The notes below the pieces were generated by a model. The model made no database searches. It was not told the DNA's origin and saw only the letters and a program-made list of their open reading frames with translations. 64,000 nt of DNA from a virus (taxonomy: Duplodnaviria > Caudoviricetes). A program made the translations under genes and the position numbers. Of this stretch, positions 47,592-57,250 are shown piece by piece. Within the stretch, counting starts at the first letter, position 1; every line of letters begins with the position of its first letter. The stretch is taken from positions 96,001 through 160,000 of the IMG/VR virus record IMGVR_UViG_3300028374_000002; one strand, written 5' to 3'.

Positions 47592-49142
47592 ATGAAATTC
47601 AAGACAACAAGAGGACTTACTATAGAAAAGCTAAAAAGTGAGTTCCCATCATACTATAATAAAATGGTTAACTTCTTAATAGAAGATGATGACATAACAC
47701 TATCTGAAAAAATATGGTTGTTTCAAAATGAATTAAAACAAAAACCAAAATGTCTGAACTGTAATAGTAAGGTAAGTTTCACTAAATTTTATAAAGGTTA
47801 CAGAACATATTGTAGTAGAAGTTGTGCTACCAAGTATAGCCATGGATTTAAAGAGGTAAAGGATAAGAGAGTTAAGAAAATGATAGAATGTAACAACAAT
47901 CCAAAGACTAGGAAGAAAATGACCGAAAGTGCTAACATAACAAAGTCTAATTTTTCTGATACTAAAAAAAGAGAAATAAACAATAAGAGGTCAAAGACAG
48001 TAAATGATAAATGGGGTGTTAAAAACATATCAAATGCAGAAAGTATTAAACAGAAAATAAGTACTAGACTACAAGAGGTACTACCTGGTATTAGGCTTGA
48101 AAAGACTAAAGATAGAATTACAAGTGCTGGGTTTTCTGTAATAGATATAGACAATGGTAATTTTAAATTATTATGCAGTAAATGTAAAAAAGAGTTTAAT
48201 ATTTCTAGTAAACTATTTAACCAAAGAAATAGATTTGATATTGAGCCTTGTCTAAATTGTAACCCCAATAACAATGATTCTTTTTTTGAAAGCAGTATAT
48301 GTGATTTTATCAAAGAAAATTATGACGGTGAGGTAAAAGATAAATGTAGAGATTTTAAAAAATATGAAATAGATGTGTATTTACCAGAGTTATCAATAGG
48401 TTTTGAATGCAACGGTCTTTGGTGGCATTCTGAGAGGTATAAGGAAAATAGTTATCATAAATCTAAAAACGATTTCTTCAAAGAGAAAGGGATACAAATA
48501 ATACACATTTGGGAAGATGATTGGAAATTTAAAAAAGAAATAATTAAAAGTAGAGTACTTAACATAGTTAGCAAAACTAATGAAAGGATATGGGGCAGAA
48601 AATGTGAGATAAGAGAAGTTAATAGTAATGTGTATAGAAAATTTGTAGATAAAAATCATTTACAAGGCCATGCACCAGCCAAATATAAGCTAGGTCTATA
48701 TTATAATGACAATCTAGTATCTGTTATGTCATTTTCTAAGTTAAGGAGGAATTTAGGTTATAAGACAAATCCAGATAATCATTACGAATTACTAAGGTTT
48801 TGTAGTAGTAAAAACACCACTATTGTTGGTGGATCATCTAAATTATTGAAATATTTTATAAGGGAATATAAACCTACTAAAATAATTTCTTATGCTAGTA
48901 AAGATTGGTCAGTTGGTAATTTATATAATAAACTAGGATTTATTGAAATAAAAGAAACTGTTCCTAATTATTTTTATTTCCACAAAGATGAAGGTCTTAG
49001 AATAAATAGATTTAACTTTAGGAAAGATGTATTAGTTAAAGAAGGATATGACAAAGATAAATCAGAACACCAAATAATGAATGATAGGAAGTATTATAGA
49101 GTTTATGACACTGGGTCATTATTGTTTGAAATGAATATATAA
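47592..49142 (+). CDS. Hef-like endonuclease with Vsr-like nuclease + Mom-like GNAT
   Basis: EIDVYLPE..GFECNGLWWHS..HIWEDDW; NHLQG..YELLRF; start MKFKTT after the promoter at 47563-47572. Confidence 0.8.
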   Translation: MKFKTTRGLTIEKLKSEFPSYYNKMVNFLIEDDDITLSEKIWLFQNELKQKPKCLNCNSKVSFTKFYKGYRTYCSRSCATKYSHGFKEVKDKRVKKMIECNNNPKTRKKMTESANITKSNFSDTKKREINNKRSKTVNDKWGVKNISNAESIKQKISTRLQEVLPGIRLEKTKDRITSAGFSVIDIDNGNFKLLCSKCKKEFNISSKLFNQRNRFDIEPCLNCNPNNNDSFFESSICDFIKENYDGEVKDKCRDFKKYEIDVYLPELSIGFECNGLWWHSERYKENSYHKSKNDFFKEKGIQIIHIWEDDWKFKKEIIKSRVLNIVSKTNERIWGRKCEIREVNSNVYRKFVDKNHLQGHAPAKYKLGLYYNDNLVSVMSFSKLRRNLGYKTNPDNHYELLRFCSSKNTTIVGGSSKLLKYFIREYKPTKIISYASKDWSVGNLYNKLGFIEIKETVPNYFYFHKDEGLRINRFNFRKDVLVKEGYDKDKSEHQIMNDRKYYRVYDTGSLLFEMNI

Positions 49143-49145
49143 GTT

Positions 49146-50759
49146 ATGATAAAAGAAGATATTTCTAATTTAGGAAAGTATAGCAAGGCTAAAATAACTG
49201 CCATATGTGATAATTGTCTTAATGAAAAGAAAACAACAATGAAATTATATACATCATATGGATATAAAGCAGGTGTGTACTTATGTAGGAGTTGTAAGAT
49301 GAAGAAGAATAATCTAGAAAAATATGGAGTTGATAATGTGTTTAAACTAGACAGTGTTAAAGATAAAATAAAAAGTAGCAACCAAGAAAAATACGGTGTT
49401 GATAATGTATCACAGTCTGATATTATTAAAGATAAAATAAGAGTTAGTAATTTAGAAAAGTATGGAGTGGAACACCATATGAAGAATAATAATGTTTTAC
49501 AGAAACAGAAAGATAGCAATTTAAAAAAATATGGTGTAGAGAATATTTCTTCACTAGATAGTGTTAAAGAAAAAAAGATATCTACATGTCTTAAAAATAA
49601 TGATGTTGAATTTATATTCCTAGACAAAGTCTTTATAGAAAACAGAAGAAACAACAATTTAGAAAAATATGGCGTAGAGAGTGTTCTTAGTTCAAAAGAA
49701 ATAAGAGACAAAATAAAAAATACTAATTTAAAAAGGTATGGCGTAAGAAATCCCTCTATGAATAAAGACATTTCTAATAAAATAAAAAGCAGTGTATTAA
49801 GAACCAAACATAAACAAATATTAGACAGAGGTGATATTTTATCTATTGATAGTGATAATAGAATGTTCGAAGCTTTTTGTAATAGTTGTAATAATAAATT
49901 TGATATAAGCTATTTTCTATACTACAAGCGAAGAGAAACTAATACAGAGATATGTACTATATGCAATGAGATAGATAAGCACCAATCTGGGGAAGAAATA
50001 AAAGTATTTAATTTTATAAATGATAATTATAGTGGTGTTATAATACAAAACCATAGAATATTAAACAAAGAATTGGATATATATTTACCAGAATTAAATA
50101 TTGCTTTTGAAGTGAATGGACTATATTGGCATTCTGAAATATTCAAAAGCAAAAATTATCACAAGGATAAGTATGACATGTGCAAAAGTAATAATATACA
50201 ACTTATACATCTATGGGAAGATAATTTGGACTATAATTTCGAAATTATAAAATCAATGATATTGAACAAGATTAATATGTCAATTTATAAAATATGGGCA
50301 AGGAAATGTATTATTAAAGAAGTATGTGATAATAATGTTATCAAGGAGTTTTTAAATAAGAACCATATACAAGGATATGCTTCTTCGTCTGTGAAGGTTG
50401 GACTATACCATAATGAAGAGTTGGTTAGCCTTATGACATTCAAAAAAAGTAAAGATAAATATGATTTAAATAGATTTTGTAATAAATTAAATACCAGTGT
50501 TGTAGGTGGTGCTTCAAGATTATTAAAGTATTTTAATAGGAATTATTCAAATAAAATATTTACTTTTTCTGATAATTCTTATAGCAATGGCGATTTATAT
50601 AAGACATTAGGATTTGATATAGAATACAATCTTAAACCAGACTATAAATATGTACAAAACAATATAAGGATTCATAAGTTTAACTTCAGAAATAAAGACA
50701 CCTCTGGATTATACAGAATCTATGATGCTGGTAAAGTTAAATATTACATGAGGGGATAA
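49146..50759 (+). CDS. Hef-like endonuclease with 23-aa repeats + Vsr-like nuclease + Mom-like GNAT
   Basis: 7 KYGV repeats; ELDIYLPE..FEVNGLYWHS; NHIQG..DLNRF. Confidence 0.8.
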   Translation: MIKEDISNLGKYSKAKITAICDNCLNEKKTTMKLYTSYGYKAGVYLCRSCKMKKNNLEKYGVDNVFKLDSVKDKIKSSNQEKYGVDNVSQSDIIKDKIRVSNLEKYGVEHHMKNNNVLQKQKDSNLKKYGVENISSLDSVKEKKISTCLKNNDVEFIFLDKVFIENRRNNNLEKYGVESVLSSKEIRDKIKNTNLKRYGVRNPSMNKDISNKIKSSVLRTKHKQILDRGDILSIDSDNRMFEAFCNSCNNKFDISYFLYYKRRETNTEICTICNEIDKHQSGEEIKVFNFINDNYSGVIIQNHRILNKELDIYLPELNIAFEVNGLYWHSEIFKSKNYHKDKYDMCKSNNIQLIHLWEDNLDYNFEIIKSMILNKINMSIYKIWARKCIIKEVCDNNVIKEFLNKNHIQGYASSSVKVGLYHNEELVSLMTFKKSKDKYDLNRFCNKLNTSVVGGASRLLKYFNRNYSNKIFTFSDNSYSNGDLYKTLGFDIEYNLKPDYKYVQNNIRIHKFNFRNKDTSGLYRIYDAGKVKYYMRG

Positions 50760-50799
50760 GCCATTTATTTATAAATACATTAAAAATAAATGAGTTTTT

Positions 50800-51156
50800 A
50801 TGATATTAACTAGAGAGGTCTCTATCAAGATAAGTGAGTCTAACTTTCAATACTATGATAACTTAGGATATGATGTAACAATTGGTGAGTACTTATTAAT
50901 ACCAATAGATTTACTATCCAGGGGATCACATAGAGAGATAAAGTGTAAGTGTGATACTTGTGGTGTTGAGAAAGATGTGTTATTTAAAAACTATGTTAAA
51001 TATGGTAATAAATGGGGTGAATATTTTTGTAGAAAGTGTTCAGAATTTAAAAGAAAGAAAACGCTTAAAAGAAATTTTGGTGTAGATTATCCTATTCAAA
51101 ATGAAGATTTAAAAAAGAAAATAAAATCATCTAGTTCTTCTAAAGAAAAATCTTAA
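50800..51156 (+). CDS. Stand-alone N-terminal zinc domain of the Hef-like family (no nuclease)
   Basis: YY..LGY....L..GS...I.C.CD.C + one FGVDYP repeat, homologous to the N-termini of 49146, 57251 and 61396. Confidence 0.6.
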   Translation: MILTREVSIKISESNFQYYDNLGYDVTIGEYLLIPIDLLSRGSHREIKCKCDTCGVEKDVLFKNYVKYGNKWGEYFCRKCSEFKRKKTLKRNFGVDYPIQNEDLKKKIKSSSSSKEKS

Positions 51157-51917
51157 TCAATAACATTATATCCATCTATTCCCCTAACTTTATCTATAGG
51201 TGGTACTTCAAATCCAAAACCATCTAAAAAGCTATAAAGCCTATCGTATAGAATAGTGTTTTTGCCTCTTATAACTTCAAATTCTTGAAATTCTTCGATT
51301 AGTTCTTCATCTGTAAGAGAATTGTTTCTAATCTCACCCATCATAGGTTGATTTTTAAAATAATTATATAGGTAGAATAATGGATTACCATACATTTTTA
51401 TATCCCCACCAACTTCTGGAAATCCTTCAAATGATGTTATGTTATTATTACTAATGTCTAAATCCCCCTCTATTCTTTTTGATATATAATCAAACGATTC
51501 TATTTTATTGTTACCACAAAACAGACCACCGTTTATAACTTCTGGTAGATATTTAAAACTTTTTATTTCATTACCAGCAAAGTCATAATGATGACCTACT
51601 TTACTAGGACCACCTTTAAGTGTTTTTAGATTATTCATAGCACAACTATAATCACCACCAACCTCTGTTGGTCCATTATTTAGGCTAAATATACCTGACT
51701 TGTATGCATTAAAAGAAAATTTAACTTTATTTATTTTTATAGGTAGCATATATCCAACTTTATCAAATATAGAGGTTTGGAAGTTATCATTTATATCTAT
51801 TGAGTAGTCATCATTTATAGTATAGTTTACTATACCGTGTGTTGTAACAAATTCTTTTATTTGGCTTATCTTTTCTTTATCACTTTTAAAGTCCTCATAT
51901 AATTTAATATTTCCCAC
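51153..51917 (-). CDS. Leucine-rich-repeat-like protein with targeting-like N-terminus
   Basis: About 22-aa VGGD..C..N.L.SL.G.P repeats; MGNIKLYEDF (GTG start 4 nt after the promoter motif). Confidence 0.65.
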   Translation of the reverse strand: MGNIKLYEDFKSDKEKISQIKEFVTTHGIVNYTINDDYSIDINDNFQTSIFDKVGYMLPIKINKVKFSFNAYKSGIFSLNNGPTEVGGDYSCAMNNLKTLKGGPSKVGHHYDFAGNEIKSFKYLPEVINGGLFCGNNKIESFDYISKRIEGDLDISNNNITSFEGFPEVGGDIKMYGNPLFYLYNYFKNQPMMGEIRNNSLTDEELIEEFQEFEVIRGKNTILYDRLYSFLDGFGFEVPPIDKVRGIDGYNVID

Positions 51918-51966
51918 GAAGTATATATTAAGTTAAAACTTTACTTTTTAAAAATATATAATAAAC

Positions 51967-53838
51967 ATGGAAAATAATAAAAAAGAAGGTGTTATAAACT
52001 TCTCAGTGAATGGGAATGCATCAATAGAAATTGATAAAACTAAGATATACATACACAAAAGCAAGACTTTAAATGCTTTAAATAAGGATTTAGTGAGTGT
52101 AAATGTTTATAAAAATAAATCAAGGCAAGAAGCTGAAGTAATCGAGGTATTAAAGAGAAATAGGAAAACATTTGTAGGTAAGGCAAGAGTAGGGAAAAAG
52201 ACTATTTTTGTAGTTGCTGATGATAATAAAACACCTGTTGACTTCTATATAAAGGGTGGTTTAACTTGTAAAAATGGACAGAAGGTAATAGTAGAGTTTA
52301 CTAAATGGAATGATGGTAAATCACCACAAGGGAAGATAATTGAGATATTGGGAGACTCTGGTGAAAATAATGCAGAAATGAACTCAATAATGCATGATTA
52401 TAATCTACCAGTAGAGTTTCCTAGAGATGTTGAGAAGGAAGCATCCAAAATCCCAAAGGAAATATCAATGAAAGATATTAGCGAAAGGAGAGATATGAGG
52501 GGAATTAAGACATTCACTATTGATCCAAAGAGTGCCAAGGATTTTGATGATGCACTTTCAGTTAAGAATATTGAAAGTGGTTTAATAGAAGTAGGTATTC
52601 ATATAGCAGATGTTGGACATTATGTAAAGGACGGAACTTTACTAAATGATGAGGCTATTAAAAGAGCAACATCGGTATATCTCGTTGATAGAGTTATACC
52701 AATGCTACCAGAGGTTTTAAGTAATGACATATGTTCTTTGAAGCCACATGTAGATAGATTAGCATTTTCTGTAATCTTAACTATAAATGAGGATGGTAAG
52801 ATATTAAAAGAATGGTTTGGTAAGACAATAATAAATTCAGATAATAGATTTACATATGCAGAAGCACAAAGTATAATAGAGGGAGATAGCCATGTATTAG
52901 ATTACGAAGTTAGGATATTAGACACAATTGCAAGGAAAATAAGAAAGAAAAGAATTGGAGAAGGTTCAATAGAAATGGGTGGTGTAGAAATACAATTTAA
53001 GTTAGCACCAGATAATAAAAAACCAATAGGTGTTTATTATAAGGTACAGAAAGAGGCTAATAAGCTTATAGAGGAATATATGTTACTAGCCAACAAAGCA
53101 GTTGCTAAGAAGCTATCAAATGCACAAAGAACAGGTGTTTATAGAGTACACAACACTCCTTCTATTGAGAAACTTAATGCACTAGCAGATATATGTGAAA
53201 GTTTTGGCTATAGTGTAGACTTAGAGAAAACTTCTAATGATTTAAAAAAGGAGTTGAATAAATTACTAATAGAGATAAAAGACCAACCAGAAGAAAATAT
53301 GATACAGACACTAGTAACTAGGTCTATGTCTAAGGCATATTATACTATAAAGAATATTGGACATTATGGGTTAGGATTTTCACACTACTCACATTTTACA
53401 TCTCCAATAAGAAGATACCCTGATCTTATAACACATAGGCTATTGTTAGGCTTATTAGAGAATAAGCCTAAGTCTAATCCTCTATCTATTGAAGAAGATG
53501 CAGAGTGGTGTTCACAAAGAGAAATAATAGCATCTAAGGCTCAGAGGGATTCTATAAAATACAAGCAAGTTGAATTTCTAATGGACAAGATTGGACAAAT
53601 ATTCCAAGGTGTCATCACTGGTGTTACTGACTGGGGCATATATGTAGAATTAACAGATAATAAATGCGAGGGTATGATAGCACCAAATGATTTAGGAGAT
53701 GGTAAGTGGAGAATAGATACTAAGAAATATACAGGTGATAATAAACTAGGTGATAAACTATCACTGGGTGATGAAATTACAATTGTTGTAGATAATGTGG
53801 ACTTGGATAAGAAACAGATAAACTTTAAAAAGTTTTAA
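51967..53838 (+). CDS. rnr: Ribonuclease R
   Basis: FTIDP.SAKDFDDALS, HIADV, TSVYL, IEEYMLLAN, HFTSPIRRYPDL, C-terminal S1 domain. Confidence 0.95.
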   Translation: MENNKKEGVINFSVNGNASIEIDKTKIYIHKSKTLNALNKDLVSVNVYKNKSRQEAEVIEVLKRNRKTFVGKARVGKKTIFVVADDNKTPVDFYIKGGLTCKNGQKVIVEFTKWNDGKSPQGKIIEILGDSGENNAEMNSIMHDYNLPVEFPRDVEKEASKIPKEISMKDISERRDMRGIKTFTIDPKSAKDFDDALSVKNIESGLIEVGIHIADVGHYVKDGTLLNDEAIKRATSVYLVDRVIPMLPEVLSNDICSLKPHVDRLAFSVILTINEDGKILKEWFGKTIINSDNRFTYAEAQSIIEGDSHVLDYEVRILDTIARKIRKKRIGEGSIEMGGVEIQFKLAPDNKKPIGVYYKVQKEANKLIEEYMLLANKAVAKKLSNAQRTGVYRVHNTPSIEKLNALADICESFGYSVDLEKTSNDLKKELNKLLIEIKDQPEENMIQTLVTRSMSKAYYTIKNIGHYGLGFSHYSHFTSPIRRYPDLITHRLLLGLLENKPKSNPLSIEEDAEWCSQREIIASKAQRDSIKYKQVEFLMDKIGQIFQGVITGVTDWGIYVELTDNKCEGMIAPNDLGDGKWRIDTKKYTGDNKLGDKLSLGDEITIVVDNVDLDKKQINFKKF

Positions 53839-53861
53839 TTAGAACAAAAACTAGCACAAAT

Positions 53862-53893
53862 AAAAACATGACTGAATATTCAGTCATGTTTTT
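53862..53893. terminator. Bidirectional terminator
   Basis: 15-bp perfect stem AAAAACATGACTGAA / TTCAGTCATGTTTTT. Confidence 0.85.
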
Positions 53894-53918
53894 ATTTTTG
53901 TACCAATCCATAATTATT

Positions 53919-55613
53919 TTAGAACTCAAACTCATCACCACCACCAGTATCTGGACTTGGATCATCTGTGCCACCAATATCTAAATCATCACCACCGTCA
54001 TCTATTGCAGAGTCGTCTGTGTCACCTGGTCCACCATCCATGGGAGCACCTCCCTCACCTTCGAAACCTTCAACACCAACTGCCGAACCCGCACCTTTAT
54101 TATTATCTCTAGCCCAGTATCTTTCATTCTCTGCTTTCTCTTCTGGTGTTAATTTAAACACATTGTCCATAATCCATTCTATATGAAAGTATGGCTGTTC
54201 TTCATTTCTCATAACCCCTAATAAGCTACTAACAACATCTGCCTTTTTAGACATATTATTTATCTTCTTCCAGTCCTCAAATGTTTGATTGCTATAGAAG
54301 TATATGTCTATTTGGTTTATAAAGTTTTCATCATCAGTAAGTTCTGGGAATTCTATAAGCAGTTGTAACCTCACTGGTTTGACAATCATTTCTTTAAAAT
54401 TCGCTCTAAGTCTACTAATAAAGTTATGAAATTTTATCTCATCTCTGGTCATATCTGATGCATCGGTAAATAAATTACCACCACCATTTTCAGACTCGAA
54501 TCTCTGTACAGGTATTTTAGAAGCTCTTTTGAGTGCTCTGTAAAACCAATTTAACATAGTTTCATCATTTAAATCATGACCTTCTTGCTTAACAAGTTCC
54601 ATATTAGGAGTACCTGCATCACCCTCTGGGAACCATATTTGTTTATTATAATGCAATTGTTTAGAACCATTCATAGATAATGTTCCTAAATCATCATCCC
54701 ATTCTACGTCTTCTGAATAGTCATGTATTAATTGTCCTATTTGTTCTTCTGCTCTTTGTCTAGACATTCCCTTAATAGGAACTGTAAATTTTTGATAAAC
54801 TTGAGCATTTAATACGTTAAACATTATTCTTGTCTGTTCAAGTATTTTAAGTTGGTTATATGGTTTTATAAGACCCTCCACATAAGAAGTTTCTGAATAA
54901 TCATTTTGTGTAGAATATGATATATAAACTATCTGTGAATCTAGAAATATTCTTCTTAACTGTGGATCTTCTGGATATTGTATCCATAAGTGTCCAACAT
55001 TAGGTTCATAAGCAGGTACTAATGTATCTGGTCTTAATCCATTAAATCCAATAATATTCTTCTTTTTATCATCAAAGATTATTTCTGATGCTAAATAGCC
55101 ATCGATTAAGAAATCTTTCATCATATTCCACGCAGTAATATTGTCAGAAAATCCATACTTAGTATAAACTTTTTTGAAATATTCTAGATATTTATCTTGT
55201 ATCTCTTGTGAATATTCATTTGAAAGTGATCTTGCTGAACAAAAATCACTTTCATCGTTATATACTATACATTCATCACACACAGAAGATACAAAATCTC
55301 TTATATCATCCTTTATAGAATACTCTCTAAGTATTCTTCTTTTATCAGCATATGATTTGTCAAGATACGGAATAGATTTTCTACTTAATACAGATGATAC
55401 GGCCCTTTGGCTGAAGAAATCATACATTGAATTCCCCTTTGATGAATAAGGATCTTCATTGATTCCTATACCTACTTGGTTTCTTATAATCATATCATTA
55501 TAATTCATTCCATAATTTGAAAGATTTCTAAGTATTTTACTAAAGATTCCTTTATTCTCTATTGCTGAATTTGCAGTACCAAAATCTGAACTAGTAGTAT
55601 TATATGTTGCCAT
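53919..55613 (-). CDS. gp20: Portal protein (T4 gp20-like)
   Basis: DECIVY, FLIDG, SYVE..IKPYNQL..LE....FNV, WFP..G, FYRAL..ASKIP..R, TRDEIKF..FI.RLR. Confidence 0.88.
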   Translation of the reverse strand: MATYNTTSSDFGTANSAIENKGIFSKILRNLSNYGMNYNDMIIRNQVGIGINEDPYSSKGNSMYDFFSQRAVSSVLSRKSIPYLDKSYADKRRILREYSIKDDIRDFVSSVCDECIVYNDESDFCSARSLSNEYSQEIQDKYLEYFKKVYTKYGFSDNITAWNMMKDFLIDGYLASEIIFDDKKKNIIGFNGLRPDTLVPAYEPNVGHLWIQYPEDPQLRRIFLDSQIVYISYSTQNDYSETSYVEGLIKPYNQLKILEQTRIMFNVLNAQVYQKFTVPIKGMSRQRAEEQIGQLIHDYSEDVEWDDDLGTLSMNGSKQLHYNKQIWFPEGDAGTPNMELVKQEGHDLNDETMLNWFYRALKRASKIPVQRFESENGGGNLFTDASDMTRDEIKFHNFISRLRANFKEMIVKPVRLQLLIEFPELTDDENFINQIDIYFYSNQTFEDWKKINNMSKKADVVSSLLGVMRNEEQPYFHIEWIMDNVFKLTPEEKAENERYWARDNNKGAGSAVGVEGFEGEGGAPMDGGPGDTDDSAIDDGGDDLDIGGTDDPSPDTGGGDEFEF

Positions 55614-55679
55614 TTATGATTTGTATTTACATTATATATTAAGTTACAAACCTCCCATTAATCGCTTGATTAGCAAGGG

Positions 55680-56366
55680 TTAATACTTTTTAATATTTCT
55701 TTGTAATCTTTTTATATGTCCTTTAAGGACATCGTATTTTTCAGATATCTCAGAATTAACATCATAAAAATCGCTTAATAATGATAATGTCATCTCTCTA
55801 TGTCTCTGTTCTCTTTTAGCTAGCTTAGCTTCCCATATTTGCATAAGCTTCATAGGATCATATTTATTTTTTGGATGTTGGTGGTATAAGAATCTTGGAA
55901 GTATGTCTAAGCTAACTTTATGAACTACTTTTATTCTAGATACATCATATTCATTAAGAGCATATTCAAATCCCAACCTCCTAAGTTCATCATATATACC
56001 TTGTAGGTCTACTTTTAGATAGTTATTATCTTCAAAATCTTTCTCTGTTATGTACTTATCAAATAATAATACCCTAACCTCTAATGGTATAAAATTAAAG
56101 TTAACACCAAATGCTATAACCTTCCCAGACATCTTTCTATAATCTGCTAGAAATATTGGCGAGTATTTCATCCAATTAGACTCATCTTGGTAATGTAAAA
56201 AATAGAATCCACCATTTGACATTTTAGAAACTGGTATTGCATTAAACTCTTTTGTAGTTTTTGTATATTGCTCATAAAAGTATAAGCTGTTGTTCTTGAA
56301 ATTATCAGAAATACTATTACCATGTAATAATAAATCTAGCTTTGTTCGTTTAAATAGTTCTGCCAT
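55680..56366 (-). CDS. DNA end-protector-like protein (T4 gp2-like)
   Basis: FYFLHY...SPIFL...GVNFNFIPLEVR resembles the gp2 GLNLHY.P..R block; position between portal and gp4. Confidence 0.55.
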   Translation of the reverse strand: MAELFKRTKLDLLLHGNSISDNFKNNSLYFYEQYTKTTKEFNAIPVSKMSNGGFYFLHYQDESNWMKYSPIFLADYRKMSGKVIAFGVNFNFIPLEVRVLLFDKYITEKDFEDNNYLKVDLQGIYDELRRLGFEYALNEYDVSRIKVVHKVSLDILPRFLYHQHPKNKYDPMKLMQIWEAKLAKREQRHREMTLSLLSDFYDVNSEISEKYDVLKGHIKRLQRNIKKY

Positions 56367-56413
56367 AGTATATATATTATTTTAGAAAAAGAACATTTCT
56401 TAATATATACAAT

Positions 56414-56935
56414 ATGTTAAACTCAAAACCAAATAACAAAAAGTATCACCAAGGTAATTATAGACCTAAGAATAGAGATAAGATAGTTAAAATGAATTCA
56501 GAAGGTGGTGTCTATTTCAGAAGTGGTCTAGAACAAAGATTTATGGTTTACTTAGACATGAATGATAATGTTAAGAAATGGGGTGCAGAATGTTTGAAGA
56601 TAAGCTACCAAAAAATGAATCCAAGTTCTGGTGCTTTAAAACAACATACTTACTACCCAGATTTCTACTATGAACTAAGAGGTAGTGATGGTGTTTTAAA
56701 ACAAGTAGTTGTTGAAGTTAAGCCTATGAAAGAGTACAGAAATGTACAAATGCTTATGGAGAATAAGCTAAAAGTACCAGAAAATGGCTTAAAGAAGTTG
56801 AGGAATTTTGAATACGACCTAAAAATGGCACATACAAACAGAAGCAAGTGGGAGGCAATGATAAAGTGGTGTGATAAAAAAGGTTATAAGTTTATAATAA
56901 TAACAGAAGAGCATCTAAAGCAGTATGGCGTTTAA
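56414..56935 (+). CDS. gp4: Head completion nuclease (T4 gp4-like)
   Basis: YRPKN.DK, RSGLE..F, YYPDF, VEVKP, KWEA...W...G.KF.I.TE. Confidence 0.85.
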   Translation: MLNSKPNNKKYHQGNYRPKNRDKIVKMNSEGGVYFRSGLEQRFMVYLDMNDNVKKWGAECLKISYQKMNPSSGALKQHTYYPDFYYELRGSDGVLKQVVVEVKPMKEYRNVQMLMENKLKVPENGLKKLRNFEYDLKMAHTNRSKWEAMIKWCDKKGYKFIIITEEHLKQYGV

Positions 56936-57207
56936 ATAACTAATATCTCGTTTAGGTTTAGTAAATTATTCATCTCATGTCTCATAAGCTTAACTGTTTC
57001 TAAGCCTTTTATTAAATTAGATTTTAATAAAACATCAATAGGCTCACCAATAGCTCTCTCGTAGTATTCTGGGACTTTATTCCTGCCACTATAGATTGAT
57101 TTTAAATATTTGTCTCTAGATTGTAAATCTGAATGTATGGAACAACCACATGGTCTGTTATTATTCTTTTCACTTTCTTCCCATAGTTGTAAAACAGCTC
57201 TTGTCAT
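56932..57207 (-). CDS. Hypothetical protein
   Basis: 91-aa ORF convergent with gp4. Confidence 0.55.
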   Translation of the reverse strand: MTRAVLQLWEESEKNNNRPCGCSIHSDLQSRDKYLKSIYSGRNKVPEYYERAIGEPIDVLLKSNLIKGLETVKLMRHEMNNLLNLNEILVI

Positions 57208-57250
57208 ATATTATTATTTGTGATTATTATATATGAATTAATTTAAATGT

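Noticed and set aside
9818-50777. T4 TATAAATA as the main late promoter
   Set aside because: Seen only before a few genes (9818, 38457 minus, 50770); TAATATATA is far more consistently placed. It may be a tolerated variant.
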